Below are positions 40,601-52,677 of a DNA stretch of 64,000 nt, in pieces. Below the pieces are notes generated by a model that saw nothing but the letters and a program-made list of their open reading frames with translations, was not told where the DNA came from and did no database searches. Within the stretch, counting starts at the first letter, position 1, and each line of letters begins with the position of its first letter. Source of the stretch: Gnetum montanum (taxonomy: Eukaryota > Plantae > Gnetophyta); contig MNCI01001925.1 of assembly GCA_015680685.1 (NCBI GenBank), positions 213,356 to 277,355 of the forward strand, read 5' to 3'. A program made the translations under genes and the position numbers.

Positions 40601-42410
40601 CACTTGATAGTATAGGTGAGGCCCCATCGATGAACACTAGGAATGTAGCTAGAGGGGCATGACTCATTACTAAACTAGTGGGATCATCTAGGATAAAAAT
40701 TAAGAAGCCATGCCCTATGGAGGAGCCCATATGTGAAGTGGAGGAGAGTGGTAGAAAAACTCGGTTTAAGTTTCATGATATACACTAAAGAATCACAAGT
40801 TAGTATGAACCATTAGATGGTGCTATAATACACCATGCTATACTATGCTAATTATTAAAAATTATAGTCTTAACTTATGTGATATAGGCAAGAGGGCCCC
40901 TATAGTAGTAGCAAAGCCCATAGTGGATGATGTCCTTCCTCAAACTAAGGGACAAGTACCAGACAAAGAGGAATGAGAAGCTATAGAGGTGCTACAACAA
41001 CTTGAGGAAGAAGGGTTACTGTAGTTTGATGGGGTTAAGTTTGAAAATTTCTTTGATGACATGCAGATGGATGATCCACTTGCTCTCACATCTAAGGGCT
41101 TGTTGAGTAGGAGCTTTGCACCATCATTTTTTTTGTTTTGTACTTTTAACCCTTACACTGTTGGATATTGGCTATTTTATGGTTACTAAGTGTGTTATAT
41201 TATAGCCACCACTATTCCCACTGAGGGTCTAGTGCCTACATCCACCTTCCACATGTAGCCATGAAAAGAGGCTTCTAATAAGTTTTCCTTCATGCAAGGC
41301 TTGATGGATGACATAATGGACCATATATAGCAACCAGACCCTGAGATCGGTATGTCTATATTTATCTATTTTTCACTAATAATTTACTACTTAGTTCATG
41401 ACTAACATTTCTTTACCTATAATGTGATAATAGGCTCCTAGCTTTGGTGGGATCCAAACAGGATGGCCTAGGTTGATGTTGTGCCTGATTTTTTCCCCAA
41501 GGTGGAGCAAGTGCCCTACCATGTGTATGACAAAGTAAGTAAGTGCATGTTCTTATCTGCGAGAGCATTGTGGAAGTGTAGGTGCATTAATGAGCACCTA
41601 TGGAAATGGGTGCATGAGCTCTAGGAGAGGAGAGCAAGTTAGGATGCAAAATTGGAGGACCTAGAATCCCATTATGACTTCCTAGTGGCATGTGACAATG
41701 CAGATAGTACATGGTGAATAGCTGAAGTTAACTATGCCAAGTATTGGTCAGCCATTTGGGGCAGGAATAAGGGCACCTAGGATCTAATGAAGCAAAGGTT
41801 AAAAATGGACTTACTAGTAAGGAAGAACCAGGATTGGAAGGCTTACAGTGCCAAAGTGTATCAATGGGAACAAACATAAAAGAATCAAAAACACCACTAC
41901 AAACAAAAATGAGAGGCATACCTTAAGAGTACAAGGATGAGTTTATGGTGTGTTTTTTCTAAGAAATGTTTCTAGATGTAATTGGCACAACATGGGCTTA
42001 TGAATTATTTGTTAGTAATGTAGCGGTGAGTGGAATCCCAAAGAGACACATCATTGTACCTTCAAGAGAGGTCTCTTCTGCTAGGTTTTCATTAGGGCCA
42101 CCATCATGGACAACTATGGAGAAGGGAAAGATGCTTGTTGATGTTGACCTCAATGAGGAGGATTAGAGGTAGCTATCAAAGGTAGAAATCCTCTGACGCT
42201 TGGAGGTGGGCCTTAATAGGATGCCTCCAGATATAGATGCAAGTCCTTCTTAGGTTGGTTTGGTTTGAATTACTTTTATTTATTTTTTAATTTGCATGTC
42301 ACTTTATTTGGTCAGCTAATTTATTATTTTATTTTTATTTAATGTAGTTTCCAGGTGATGGTGTAGGCCATAGTGGAGCAACAGAGGAAGAGGAAGAAGA
42401 AGGACCCTAA
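37637..42410 (+). pseudogene. Multi-exon antisense accessory gene in the PR-RT spacer of element B (decayed)
   Basis: TATA tataaatagg ~37559, ATG 37637, donor AAG|GTAAGG ~37852. Peptide blocks homologous to the C copy (LRHLSKI..NTLFIA..NPLGTVY; FDVTDEFFMDLFDLP; VPYHVYDKVSKC; PPSWTTMEKGK). Introns 41350-41433 and 42254-42347. Confidence 0.75.
38365..38660 (+). repeat. About 5 tandem ~57-bp units with the internal palindrome GGTTATGCT...AGCATAACC
   Basis: Recurrent gcataaccaatagttag at ~38411, 38467, 38524, 38581, 38633. Confidence 0.85.
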
Positions 42411-43029
42411 CCATTATTGAATACTGCTTGCTGAGTGGCTTAGAATGTAGCCCTACTACTGGGTAATTTTTTATTTTTGATCATTTTTTATCCTAGATGT
42501 ATACTTGAACTACATGTTTTATTGATGATTTAATGAAACTATGATGATTATTCATATATCACGTTTTTTTTAATTTTATGTAATGTTTCTATAATTTTAA
42601 CTTGTGATTTGATTAATGCAATTAGGCCCTTTATGGGTCCCATGCCAATTTAAGGCCATGGTGGAAGGGCCATTGCTAGTTTAATGCCATTTTGGGCCAT
42701 TGCTATTTTAAGGAAAATTTGGGCCATCACTCTTTTAAGACCATTTTAGGCTATTGTACAAAGGAAAGTAAGTTGCCAATTTCAAGCCTTAGCAGGCTGT
42801 GTGATAGTTTAGGGCCTTTTCGGACCATAGCATAAGAAGGAAGCAAGGTGCTAGTTTTAGGCCTTAGCAAGAAGATTCTTTTTATTTATTTGTTTGTTTT
42901 AAAAAAGAAAGAGCTAAATGAAATTGCATAAGATAAAGAAATGAAATAACTGCTGCAAAATGCAAATGTAACTATACAAGCAAAGAATAAAAGGCAAGCA
43001 AGACATGTAAATAGACTAAGTGGATACCT

Positions 43030-46000
43030 TAGTCAAGTAAGTGTTTTCTAACTTGATGTAGGTTAGGAGGTGTGTAAGGCCTAGGAGGCATAGAGTGATA
43101 CTCTCCTAGACCTTAATTAGTTGTGAAAAAGGGAAATTCTAGCCAGAGAGCTCCCTTAGGGAGGTTTCTTGTTTCACTTGGTTGTTTATGTGGATTAACC
43201 AGACAATGTTGGTTTTCACCTTAAATGGGTGGTGTGTCTTTAGAGAACTCTACTTCTAACCCTTATTCTATGTCAACATTGTTGATGGTTGGGGGAGCTA
43301 CATTGTCACCATAGATCACAACCTCTCCACCCTCATAGGGCAAGTGGATCTTTTGATGAATAGGTGAATAAACAACTTGTAACTAGAATTTATCTCTTAC
43401 CACAAAAGCTATCATGACATTTCCCTTTACAATAGCATGTGCTCCATTGAACGATTTTAACCATGTTGTCTTTGTCAGCTTGATCTAGTCAACTAGACCA
43501 AGTTTATCAATGACCAAGAATGGGATGATGTTGGTTGTTGCCCCATCATCAACATGTACCATATGGATTTTATATTGTCCTACATGAATTGTTATAAACA
43601 TTGGTGCACTGGTCACCTAATCCTTTTCAAGGTTAACCTTGACTACCTCATTGCAAAATTTGAGGAGTGTTGACCTTGAATCTTGGGTTGTGAGGAAAAG
43701 CATTATAGAATGGATGGATTTTTCATCTATTAGAATATCTCCCTTGATAGGAATAGATGTTAGCATGTGAACTAATGTCTTGCGATGAGTGGATGAGGTC
43801 ATTATCAGGTCATATAGGCTCAAAGTTGTGTTTTCTTTGTTTGAGAGCTTGTTTAACTTGTTCCAATGCATTCAAGAAATCTTTTCTACTATCCATTGTT
43901 TTGGCAGCCCTTACCTCCTCCATATGGGCTAAGAGATGGACCTACCAAGGAGGAGATTTAACCTTTTCTTGTGTAGTAAGCTTCTGAGCCTTAGTGCTTT
44001 TTCATTGGTTGTTTGCACTTGCATTGGAGATTTGAGATGATGAAGCCATGGGTATGGATATCAAGGGGATGGGCTTAGGAGGACCCAACTCCATATGCTC
44101 CATTATCATTTTGTTAGTGAGATGCTCATTGGGTCTCTTGGGATGTGACTTTGGATAGGTAGGATGGGACATAGTTCCCACCATTGGACCTTGGGCAAGC
44201 AAGGGGTCCACACATCATGGCACCTTGATAAGAAAGAGTTTCTGGGTTATCATAGCCACAACATGCTATGGGGCCCTAACCACAAAGGGTGTTGTGGGCA
44301 CCTAAGGTGGTGCTTTGATGATGAAAGAGGTCTATGATCTAGTTGATGTTGAGGCCCCATTGTTACCATAGGGCACACGAACCATGTCATTACCAGAGGG
44401 CACATGAACCATGTCATTACCAGAGGGCACATGAACCATAAATGGCTCATGTTCCACTTCTACATTGTCATCAACATTGATAGCATTGATGATGTAACCT
44501 ACACTGCTAGCATTGAGGGGGTCTTTGTAGACTTTCATTGATTGGTTTTCTTGTCATATGGGATTACTATCATTAAGGATAAATTTTCCTTGATTGATCA
44601 TGCATTGAATGTCATCTTTTAATGCCAAGTAGTAGTCTGTATAATGGCCATGCAATTGGTGATAGTTGTAAAATTAGTCCAATCTAAAGTTTTTAGGAAC
44701 CATGGGCTCATTTGGAATAGCTACTGAGTAGTTTTTGAGGACCTCATAATATCTCTCATGGCACTTACGTGCATCCTTAGACATTTACTTTTGTTGGATG
44801 CACCTAGCACAAAGCAACTAGTCCAAAAGCTCAGATAGCTTGATAGGCAATGTGGTATACTTTGAGAAATCCTTGCATTAAAAGTTTGGCCTTGAGGAAG
44901 CTTAACCTACAACCATCAATGGTGTAGGTTGGTTGGTTCCCATAGTGCTAGAACTTGATACTTTGTTGTTTTTGGTTGGGGCTTTAGGTTCCTTGGCTAT
45001 TGATTTAGCATTGTCGGGTTTCACTTCATTGGCCATAGCTACAACGGTTGTTGTTGCCTTTCTATTTTTCTTGTACTTTTTCGTGTGCACATTTTTATAG
45101 GCCACATAGGCTAGGTCATTGCTAGCCTCTATCATGTCTTGTATGCTTTTTATCTAAGAAAATGCTTGGCTTAAGGAATGTGGGGCTAGATAGTATAACT
45201 TTAACTCAATAAAGTCATTTACTATGCCTTTGAAGATAGCTAGATGATGAGTTTCTACTATTAGCTCATTGATTTCATTGAGGGAATTACTTCAACATTG
45301 TAGGAATTTTTGTACTAGCTTTAGTACCACTTGCTTCATTAATTGGTCCAATGTGGCATGGGGTTTCAAGTTGTACTTGAAGCAAGTTACGAATTGGCTG
45401 AGCAACTCTTCCAAAGTGGATATGGAAGGCTTTGGGAGTGCATAGTACCAGTTGAGTGATTTTCTAGTCAAGGACATGACAAAGATGTAGATGATTTCAT
45501 GTCACCATGCTTGTAGAGGTAGGTATTCAGAACAAAAAGTTACAAGGTGGGCATTTGGGTCCCCTTCATCATTGTATTTGGTTAACTAAGGAAGTTGGAC
45601 CCCAAGAGGTAGGATCAATGGTGGGACCACAGGGTTGATGGGATCACCCTAGTAGAAGTCCATCACATGGACTATATTAGAATTAGTAGCTTTAAGCTAC
45701 CTAACCTCCTCCATAAATTTTTGAATAAGTTGCAACACGTAGTCCAAACTTGAGGAAGATGCGATTGGTTGTGCTACCCATGGTGTCGTCTGAGTAGCCC
45801 ATAACCATGCTATGAGCTGTGTAACCATGTGAGATGCTTGTTGAATTTGTTGTTGCATGTATTACTATGTGTGTGACCATTGTTCCATAAGCACAAAGGT
45901 TGTGGCCCACCACACGGTTGTGCCTTGGGCTATTGTTGGAGGTGCTAATGAGATGGTTGGGATGAAGAACACTTGACTCATTTGTGGTTGAGACAAGGGC

Positions 46001-46483
46001 ATTGTATGTAGATACAGCTGTGTTAGAGTCATTGATGCCAATAAGGAAGGCTACATAGACTGGGAAGAGATGACAAAGGGGAAAGTGGTAGAGGGTCCCA
46101 CACCTTTTTTTGCATGTAGTACTTGATGGCTAGCTACCACAGGTGTGGACTTGGGTGGTGAAACTGATTCTACTACTTTGAAGAAGGTAGATGATTGTGA
46201 TTGGTGTGGGAAAAAATAGAAATGTGGTATTGGATAGAGGTGTAGAATGGGATGCCACTCTCTGAACAAGCCTTGAACTCCTATTGCCTATCCTATAAGG
46301 GCTCATCATAGTTTGATGTTGCATCATTTTCATTAGGCCCAATAACCAATGAAATTTATCAATAATCAAGATAAAGGCATTAGGTATAGGAATGAATTCC
46401 TTCCCATAATGATGTATGATTTGAAAGCTGCACTTTGCATCTAGTTCTTGGTGGTCTAGGGATAGATCCACCTGAATATTCAC
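43030..46483 (-). pseudogene. gag: Element B gag-protease, degenerate
   Basis: SLNWYYALPKPSISTLEELLSQFVTCFKYN (retrotransposon gag), zinc-knuckle remnant YHQLHGHYTDYYLALKDDIQ, protease VHVDDGATTNII. The 5' limit is uncertain. Confidence 0.85.
44369..44439. repeat. 27-bp in-frame tandem repeat (~2.6 copies, VHVPSGNDM) in element B gag
   Basis: gggcacaYgaaccatgtcattaccaga repeated. Confidence 0.9.
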
Positions 46484-47092
46484 ATAGAGGAAGTTTTATC
46501 TTTCATCATCGAGTGTCATATGCTTGGGTGGTTGGTTGCACAGTCTAAGTCACTACCATTGTGGTTGTATAGAAAAAGTGGGGCTCAATGTCTACCATCT
46601 ATTGGATGGGATGAACCATATTTTTTCTTAGGGTAGAGGTTGAAGGATTCATAGGATTCATGTTATCATGAAAAAATTTAAGAAATGAAAATGCTAAATA
46701 GAAAATGATTAAGTGCAGAAAATGTTAAGAAAACAGCCAAGTATGAAAACTATGAAAACAAGCCAAAAAATGACTAACTTTGTAAATGCTGTTAGAAAAT
46801 GACTAACTATGATGTTACACTTGCTATGCTCTAAGAGGTTTTTATGCTCTCTAGAACACCCAGATCTTGACACAATAGACACAGTTGGGATTTCATCCTA
46901 TGAGGTTCCAAGGGAACCGACAACTAAGACCAATCTACACCAACTGAATTGCAGACAACTCCTATGCTAGCCTATGATCCAATTACTACCATGGTAGGTT
47001 CAAAGGGGTGTTATGTATAAACTCGATTAAAAATAGTAAAGAAGGTGTAGAAAGCATGTGGGACTATCCTTGAATAGAGAAGGAATGGGAGG

Positions 47093-47109
47093 CCCTCCTT
47101 CTAGTGCAA
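47093..47109 (-). promoter_or_regulatory. Primer-binding site complementary to the tRNA-Asn 3' end
   Basis: Minus strand TTGCACTAGAAGGAGGG, 15/17 match to TGGCGCTAGAAGGAGGG (complement of plant cytosolic tRNA-Asn ...CCCTCCTTCTAGCG-CCA, recalled from memory). Lies 5 nt inside the 5' LTR boundary. Confidence 0.8.
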
Positions 47110-47114
47110 AAAAC

Positions 47115-49026
47115 TATGACATCCGAAAACATCAGAGGCTAGAAAACTAAGAGGTTGGTGAGTGTATAGCCTAACCTTGAATATATGACAGGGTCATGTT
47201 GGAAAATGAAAACAAGAAACCTTGAATAGTCTTGTTAGTTAGACAAGGACTTACATGTTGTTAAGACAACCATGTGTTAGAGGGGTTTATGCAGCATTAC
47301 GTGCAATCATCGAGGCCAGCTAAGCTAGAGTGTATTGGGGTGTCTGAGCTTGAGAAAAATAATGTAAACATGTAAATACATATAAAACAATGAGAAAATT
47401 CAATCACTATGCTAAATTCCTAAGAAAAATTCTTGATAAATGCAACAAAATTTGAGAACAAAAGTGCATCACCCCAAAAGGGGTTACATAGCTATTTTAG
47501 GAAAAGAGGTGAGAGTGGTATGTGGTGTACAAGTAGGCACAGTGGTAGTGTAGTAGTGTAGTCATAGTCCTTAGGATGTTCAGGATGTGGAACTAATAAT
47601 TGCTATGTAGATTGAACCTACTGGGTTGGTTGTTGCTATGTTCTTTGGGTAGAAAGGTGAACTATGTTTTAGGAGATGCCAAGGTGCAAAGTGTCAAGTG
47701 TGCTCAGGTGCAAGAATGCTAGGGATGCTCAAAAAGTCAAAATGCTCAATGCTCTTTTGATTTTCCAACCCCTAGAATGCTAAATTTTGGGATATTTATA
47801 GGGCTAGTGGTTATGGGACATCAGTATACCAGACACCATGTGGCATGAGGGTAGATAGGATTACACTAACATGCTATGCTCCCATGGGAGTAGCAAAGTG
47901 TTATTCTCTATAGTACTGCAATGGATGCTCGGAGGCTACTAAACCATGAATACATTGCCAAGACTACATGTGCTAGAGTTTAAATGATCATAATGTACCT
48001 ATAAACAAGGCAAAAAATAGTGAAATCTGGAGGCTACGCGCTACGACTACATCTTCCCCTCTTTCGAGTAGGATCAAGCATAGGAACAATTTTGGAGACT
48101 AATGGGGGATGCAAAAGAGATGCAAATTGCTAATCTTTCTTGTTGGATGAATGTTGAAGCTGAGATGAAGGTTGATGCTAAGTTTTAGAGGCTTTTGGAG
48201 GATGTTTGAGGCTTTTCTTTAGTGTCAAGCTAGCTATGCTCTAAAGTGTAACACAACACTTAGTCAAATTTTTGCAAAAGCTAATGTCCAACAATTGTTA
48301 CGCTAGCTATGATGGGGAGTGTAGCAAGGACACTTAGCCAAATTTTGATAGAATCTATGGTCTCCTTTCATGGTACGTTGGCTATGCTCTAGGATGTAGC
48401 AAGAGAGGTTGCCTTAGGAGTTGGAAAACTTGCCAAAAATGTCTCTTCCATGTTGAGCTAACTTGATACTCTTTTGCCTAACACTTAGGAAAAATTGGGC
48501 ACTAAAAAGTGTGTTACATTGGCTACACTAGGGAGCATAGTAAGGCATAGTAATTCAAAAGATAGAAAATTTGCTGAACTATTTTTTCCATCCCAAGAAA
48601 CCTTGACAACTTCTAGCTTGGCACCTGGGTCAACTAGCCATTGGAACATGTGCTACACTAAATACGCTAGGGAGCTTTACCAGCATGGCAACCTAGGAGC
48701 TAGAAAATTTGCCAAACTATTTCATTCATCTCAAGAAACCTTGACAAGTTTTGGCTTGGCATTTGGGAAAATTGACCATGGAAGAGTGTGATATGTGGGG
48801 TACATTAGGGAGCATAGTAGGCAGATTCAAAGCATATCAAGACACTTAGAAAAATTTTCATGCAACTGCTACTGACACTTAGAAAATTTGGAAAAATAGG
48901 CCTTGATGCATGCTATGTTGGATATGCTCAGGAGCATAGCACCAACACTTAGAAAAATTTGCCAAGTTTTGACACTTAGACAAATTTTTTGTTGAAGTGC
49001 AGAGACCCAAAATTGGTAGTGTTTCA
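47115..49026 (-). repeat. 5' LTR of element B (1912 bp)
   Basis: TATGACATCC...GTGTTTCA. Collinear with 26377-28417 but has two rather than three ~130-bp units. Confidence 0.9.
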
Positions 49027-49313
49027 TTACTAATACTAAGTAAAAGCTAGAACTCAAGGAAATATATCAGAAGTATCATAGGATGTTTGAATGAAATTGA
49101 AAATATTCTAAGAAATCCAAAACATGTACAAAACCTTAAAACATGACACAAGAGATGAGGGTGTAAGCCAAGAAGACATAAATCTCAGTTGAACATGTTA
49201 GAACTATAAAAATAGAACATATGAAATACTTGTCAATTCTAGGGCTTACAATAAACTTACAAAATTCCATTGGATGACCCATAATAAGTCTCAAAATGAC
49301 TTAGTGAAGTAGC

Positions 49314-50944
49314 TATAACAACGGAAAACGTCGGTCACTAGAAATATTGAGCGAAGATCCGTGTACACAGTCTTAACCACAGATTCGTGCAAGGGCTGTG
49401 CTAGAGAAAACAGATTTGAGGTGCCCTGAACGGTCTTGTTCGATCAGACAGGGACTTACTTAATAAGTAAATTATCGAATATCACGATAGTATATATTAT
49501 ATATATATATTTCACAAAATGAATTAATTCGGTGAATCGTAGAAGGAGTAGAAAATAATGTAAAGAACTTGAAATAACGATAACGTCAACGCAACAAGGA
49601 AGATCAGATTTAGGAAACATGCGTAATTCCAAGATCTATGATTTAACTCAAAAGCTGAATATATTGCATACAATGTTCCAACGGTAGACTTTTCTTATCT
49701 TTGTGCGAAGCATACATGAAACAACAAGAAAACTATTTAAAAGGGAGAATAGAATGAAGGTTGATCTACCTCGTAAGCCAAAAGTGGAATGCAAGGAAGG
49801 TCAAGCCTGGATGTCTATCGATCAACTATTTCTGATCAATAAACCTTACCAATCATACCAGATGATCTCTCGATCTCTGATTTGCTCCTTTTTCCATTGG
49901 TAATCTTTGCTTAAAGCTACTAATGATTGCTAATGAAGAGGATAATGTTTTCACTAAGAAGATTGATCACTCCCGTTGCCAATGCTCAAACAATGCCTTA
50001 TGTCCTTTAAAAGAAGAAAATCCCCTCTCTTTGTCTTTTTCTTCGTCAGTTGGGGTATTTATAAGTTCAGCATCATATGGGAAGGCACGGTCTTGATGAC
50101 ACGTGTCTCGAACTTTCAAGCACTATTGACTTGAAAATTTTTCTGTTAAATTTGGTCATGCCACATTACGTCTTGGGGGCGAGGTGCACTATAAACCACT
50201 CTTGCTAAAACTGCCTCATGATTACGCTACGATACGCTGATGAGCGTATTGCCATGCATGAATAACAAGTGTGTGTCTAGTACTACCTTAGCTGACTTTA
50301 TACTGCATTACGCTCGTTTACGCTGTGTAGCATAGTAGAGCGTAATGTGATGAATTCCACATGTGTTACACTTATTTATGCTGCAGAGCATAATAGAGCA
50401 TAAAAGTGGTTAACTCAAGCCCTTTTTGCGCTTATTTACGCTGCAAAGCATAATAGAGAATAAAATGGTCAACTTTTCAGTGCGTTACGCTTACTTACAT
50501 TGCGTAGCATAATAAAGAGTAAAGCAAGCAATTTGCCATGCCTCTTTGGACGTTGACTTTGATTTCTTCAAGGCTCATTATGTTGCTTTGTGTAATGGAG
50601 TGTGAATACAATCGTGATCAAAATACTTGGTGGAATATGCGACAAGTCATAGACCGCTGCTTAGGCCTTAAACTTGTCATATTTGCAGAAGTTCCAAATT
50701 TCTACTGACTTCATTGCTACAGTAAGCTACCTTTGTTACATCACGCAAAATTACGTTGGACAACATGACGGTATATTGCGTAATGTAGCGTACAGAGCAA
50801 CAAAGTTAGAATTTGTTAAGAAATCTGGAGACTTGATGTTGCACGCCCTTTTGCGTTGTTTTGCCTTCTGGATTTCTACTACAAGCTTTTGCCTAAATTG
50901 TGAATCTTCGCCTTAGGCTGATCCGTAATTTCCATGGTGTTTCA
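49314..50944 (-). repeat. 3' LTR of element C (1631 bp)
   Basis: TATAACAAC...GGTGTTTCA. Homologous to solo LTR 23217-24673. TATA on minus ~50056. Confidence 0.9.
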
Positions 50945-51443
50945 ATGGCCCCTCTTTATTGACATTTAGAGGGCTTGCTCGAAAGACGTCGATAAAGAAT
51001 ACGAAACACCGGATAGGTAAAAGTACTGACAACATCCGTTGATGGTTACTTAGGTGTCGCCCTGTCAATCTAGAAGTGCAGAAGTGGGAAAACTGAAGAT
51101 AAAATGGTACGGGGGAATTATTACAGAAGCAAAAGGAGGGAGTTTCGAAGAAGACTCAAATGGGTGAGTACAGCTTTTTGCGAATAAGTCATGAGGCATC
51201 CTCCTACAATTGCATTTTCATGGAGTTATACCGTGATATTGTAGATAAAGGGGCTTGCAAAGATGAGTTGTGTTATGTCTGCATGGCTTGGATGAGTTGT
51301 TTTTCATCCATTTTGCTGACTCCCTTTTTTCTTTATCGCCCACTAGGCAAGTTGCATTGCGCCAGTTCATGGACTTGATTGTAATGCAGATGCGGAAAGC
51401 GTATGTTGTGTATTCACATTTTGTACAAGGAAAGAAGATGGAA

Positions 51444-52060
51444 TTACCAAGGAGGGGAATAAGAATAAGAGGTCGGATTATGAGGAAGATAGGGTTGCAC
51501 TCCCAAGTAGACAGGCTAACCTAAGTGGCCATCTCAAAATGCTATCTGTACTTCACTGCTCTGGTGAACATACTTTTGAACGACATCCTCGTAGCAAGTA
51601 ACCTACAATAAAAAAAAAGAAAACAAAGGACACCATTCCTTAGCTGAATCGCTGGAGAAGTTGTTGAAACAAGTACCGTCCAAGACATGAAGGAGTGAGC
51701 GGGCCATGGGTAAGGGACTGTAGCAAGAGGCCAGGGTCCCAATGTTGATACTTGACCTAGCAAGTTGCCATCAACCATCAGACTCACCACACCGAACTGG
51801 TTATGCAAAGAACTAGCTAGATGAATCTGTGAAGTTGGAGTTTGATAGCGATGATGACCGGAGATTCCCAAGGCCGTGGTTGATGAGAACTCCCTTGGGG
51901 CTTCGGATAGCAAAACTGACCTCTCATAAGTACCATCATTGAAATGGTCGCAGTAACGGTATCTCTGAGGGATCAGTAGTATGCCTTTAGGCATATCCGA
52001 GGAATCAGTAGAATGCCCATGAGGTAGCGATGCTGGGGCTATCCCAACATCCCACCCCAT
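51444..52060 (-). pseudogene. Two-exon accessory ORF (MGWDVGI...), copy in C; function unknown
   Basis: Exon 1 is open (part of the 172-aa ORF). Putative phase-0 intron 51603-51676 (ACG|GTACTT...TTGTAG|). Exon 2 VVQKYV...PVYLGVQ carries two stops explainable by C->T. Confidence 0.65.
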
Positions 52061-52124
52061 TCATTTTGCAGCCACGCAGAGACGTTTACACTTGCTTGAT
52101 TCATATGTTGGTGGTCTGTAGGTC

Positions 52125-52645
52125 TCAGTTTTAAGTCCTGGTAGACTGTTGTTGCTGGTTTTAAGTCCTAGCAGATCATGGTCCTAGTTTAAAGTCTGGG
52201 AAAACTGAAAAATGCTAGTTTTACGTCGTAGCGGATAGCGGTAGAGTTGATTTATGGTCTCAGCAGACCATGCTGTGGATGTCAATTTCATGTCGTGACC
52301 CAGGGACAAGTTTGTGTTGGTTTTACGTCTCAGCAGATGGATGCTTATCTTTGTTAGTTTTATGTCATGGTGGACAGCTGGTGCCAGTTTAGCATCATGG
52401 TGGACGCATGTAGGAAATGCCAGTTTTATGTCTTGGCAGACCTATACAACACTGCTAGTTTTACGTTGTAGCGAACGATTGCAATTTGCTAGTTTTATGT
52501 CATGGTGGATGATCGTTGCCAGTTTAGTATTGTGGTGGATGCATGCAGAAAGTGTCAGTTTTACGTTGTAGTGGACGATCATTGCCAGCTTAGCGTTCTG
52601 ACGGATGCATGCGGAGAATGCCAGTTTTACGTCATAGCGGACGAT
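52125..52645 (-). repeat. Array of ~16 units of TGCYAGTTTTACGTCGTAGCGGAC (plus-strand reading) with 5-15 nt variable spacers
   Basis: Units directly visible from 52126 to 52642. Confidence 0.92.
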
Positions 52646-52677
52646 TGTTGCCCCTGATGTTAACACTGGATATGTAG

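Larger units (their letters stand above)
26377..49026 (-). mobile_element. Element B: full-length, decayed Tat-type Ty3/gypsy retrotransposon (22.6 kb including a nested 3.25-kb insertion)
   Basis: Two homologous LTRs, TSD CTACT (26372-26376) / TTACT (49027-49031), PBS, gag-PR, spacer, pol, PPT. Confidence 0.92.

Noticed and set aside
52125-52645. CRISPR array
   Set aside because: Spacers are only 5-15 nt and partly repeated, the repeats are degenerate, there are no cas genes, and the context is a plant retrotransposon.
52314-52666. Repetitive ORFs over the motif array
   Set aside because: By-products of the repeat; the frames are not preserved in the A, B or D arrays.
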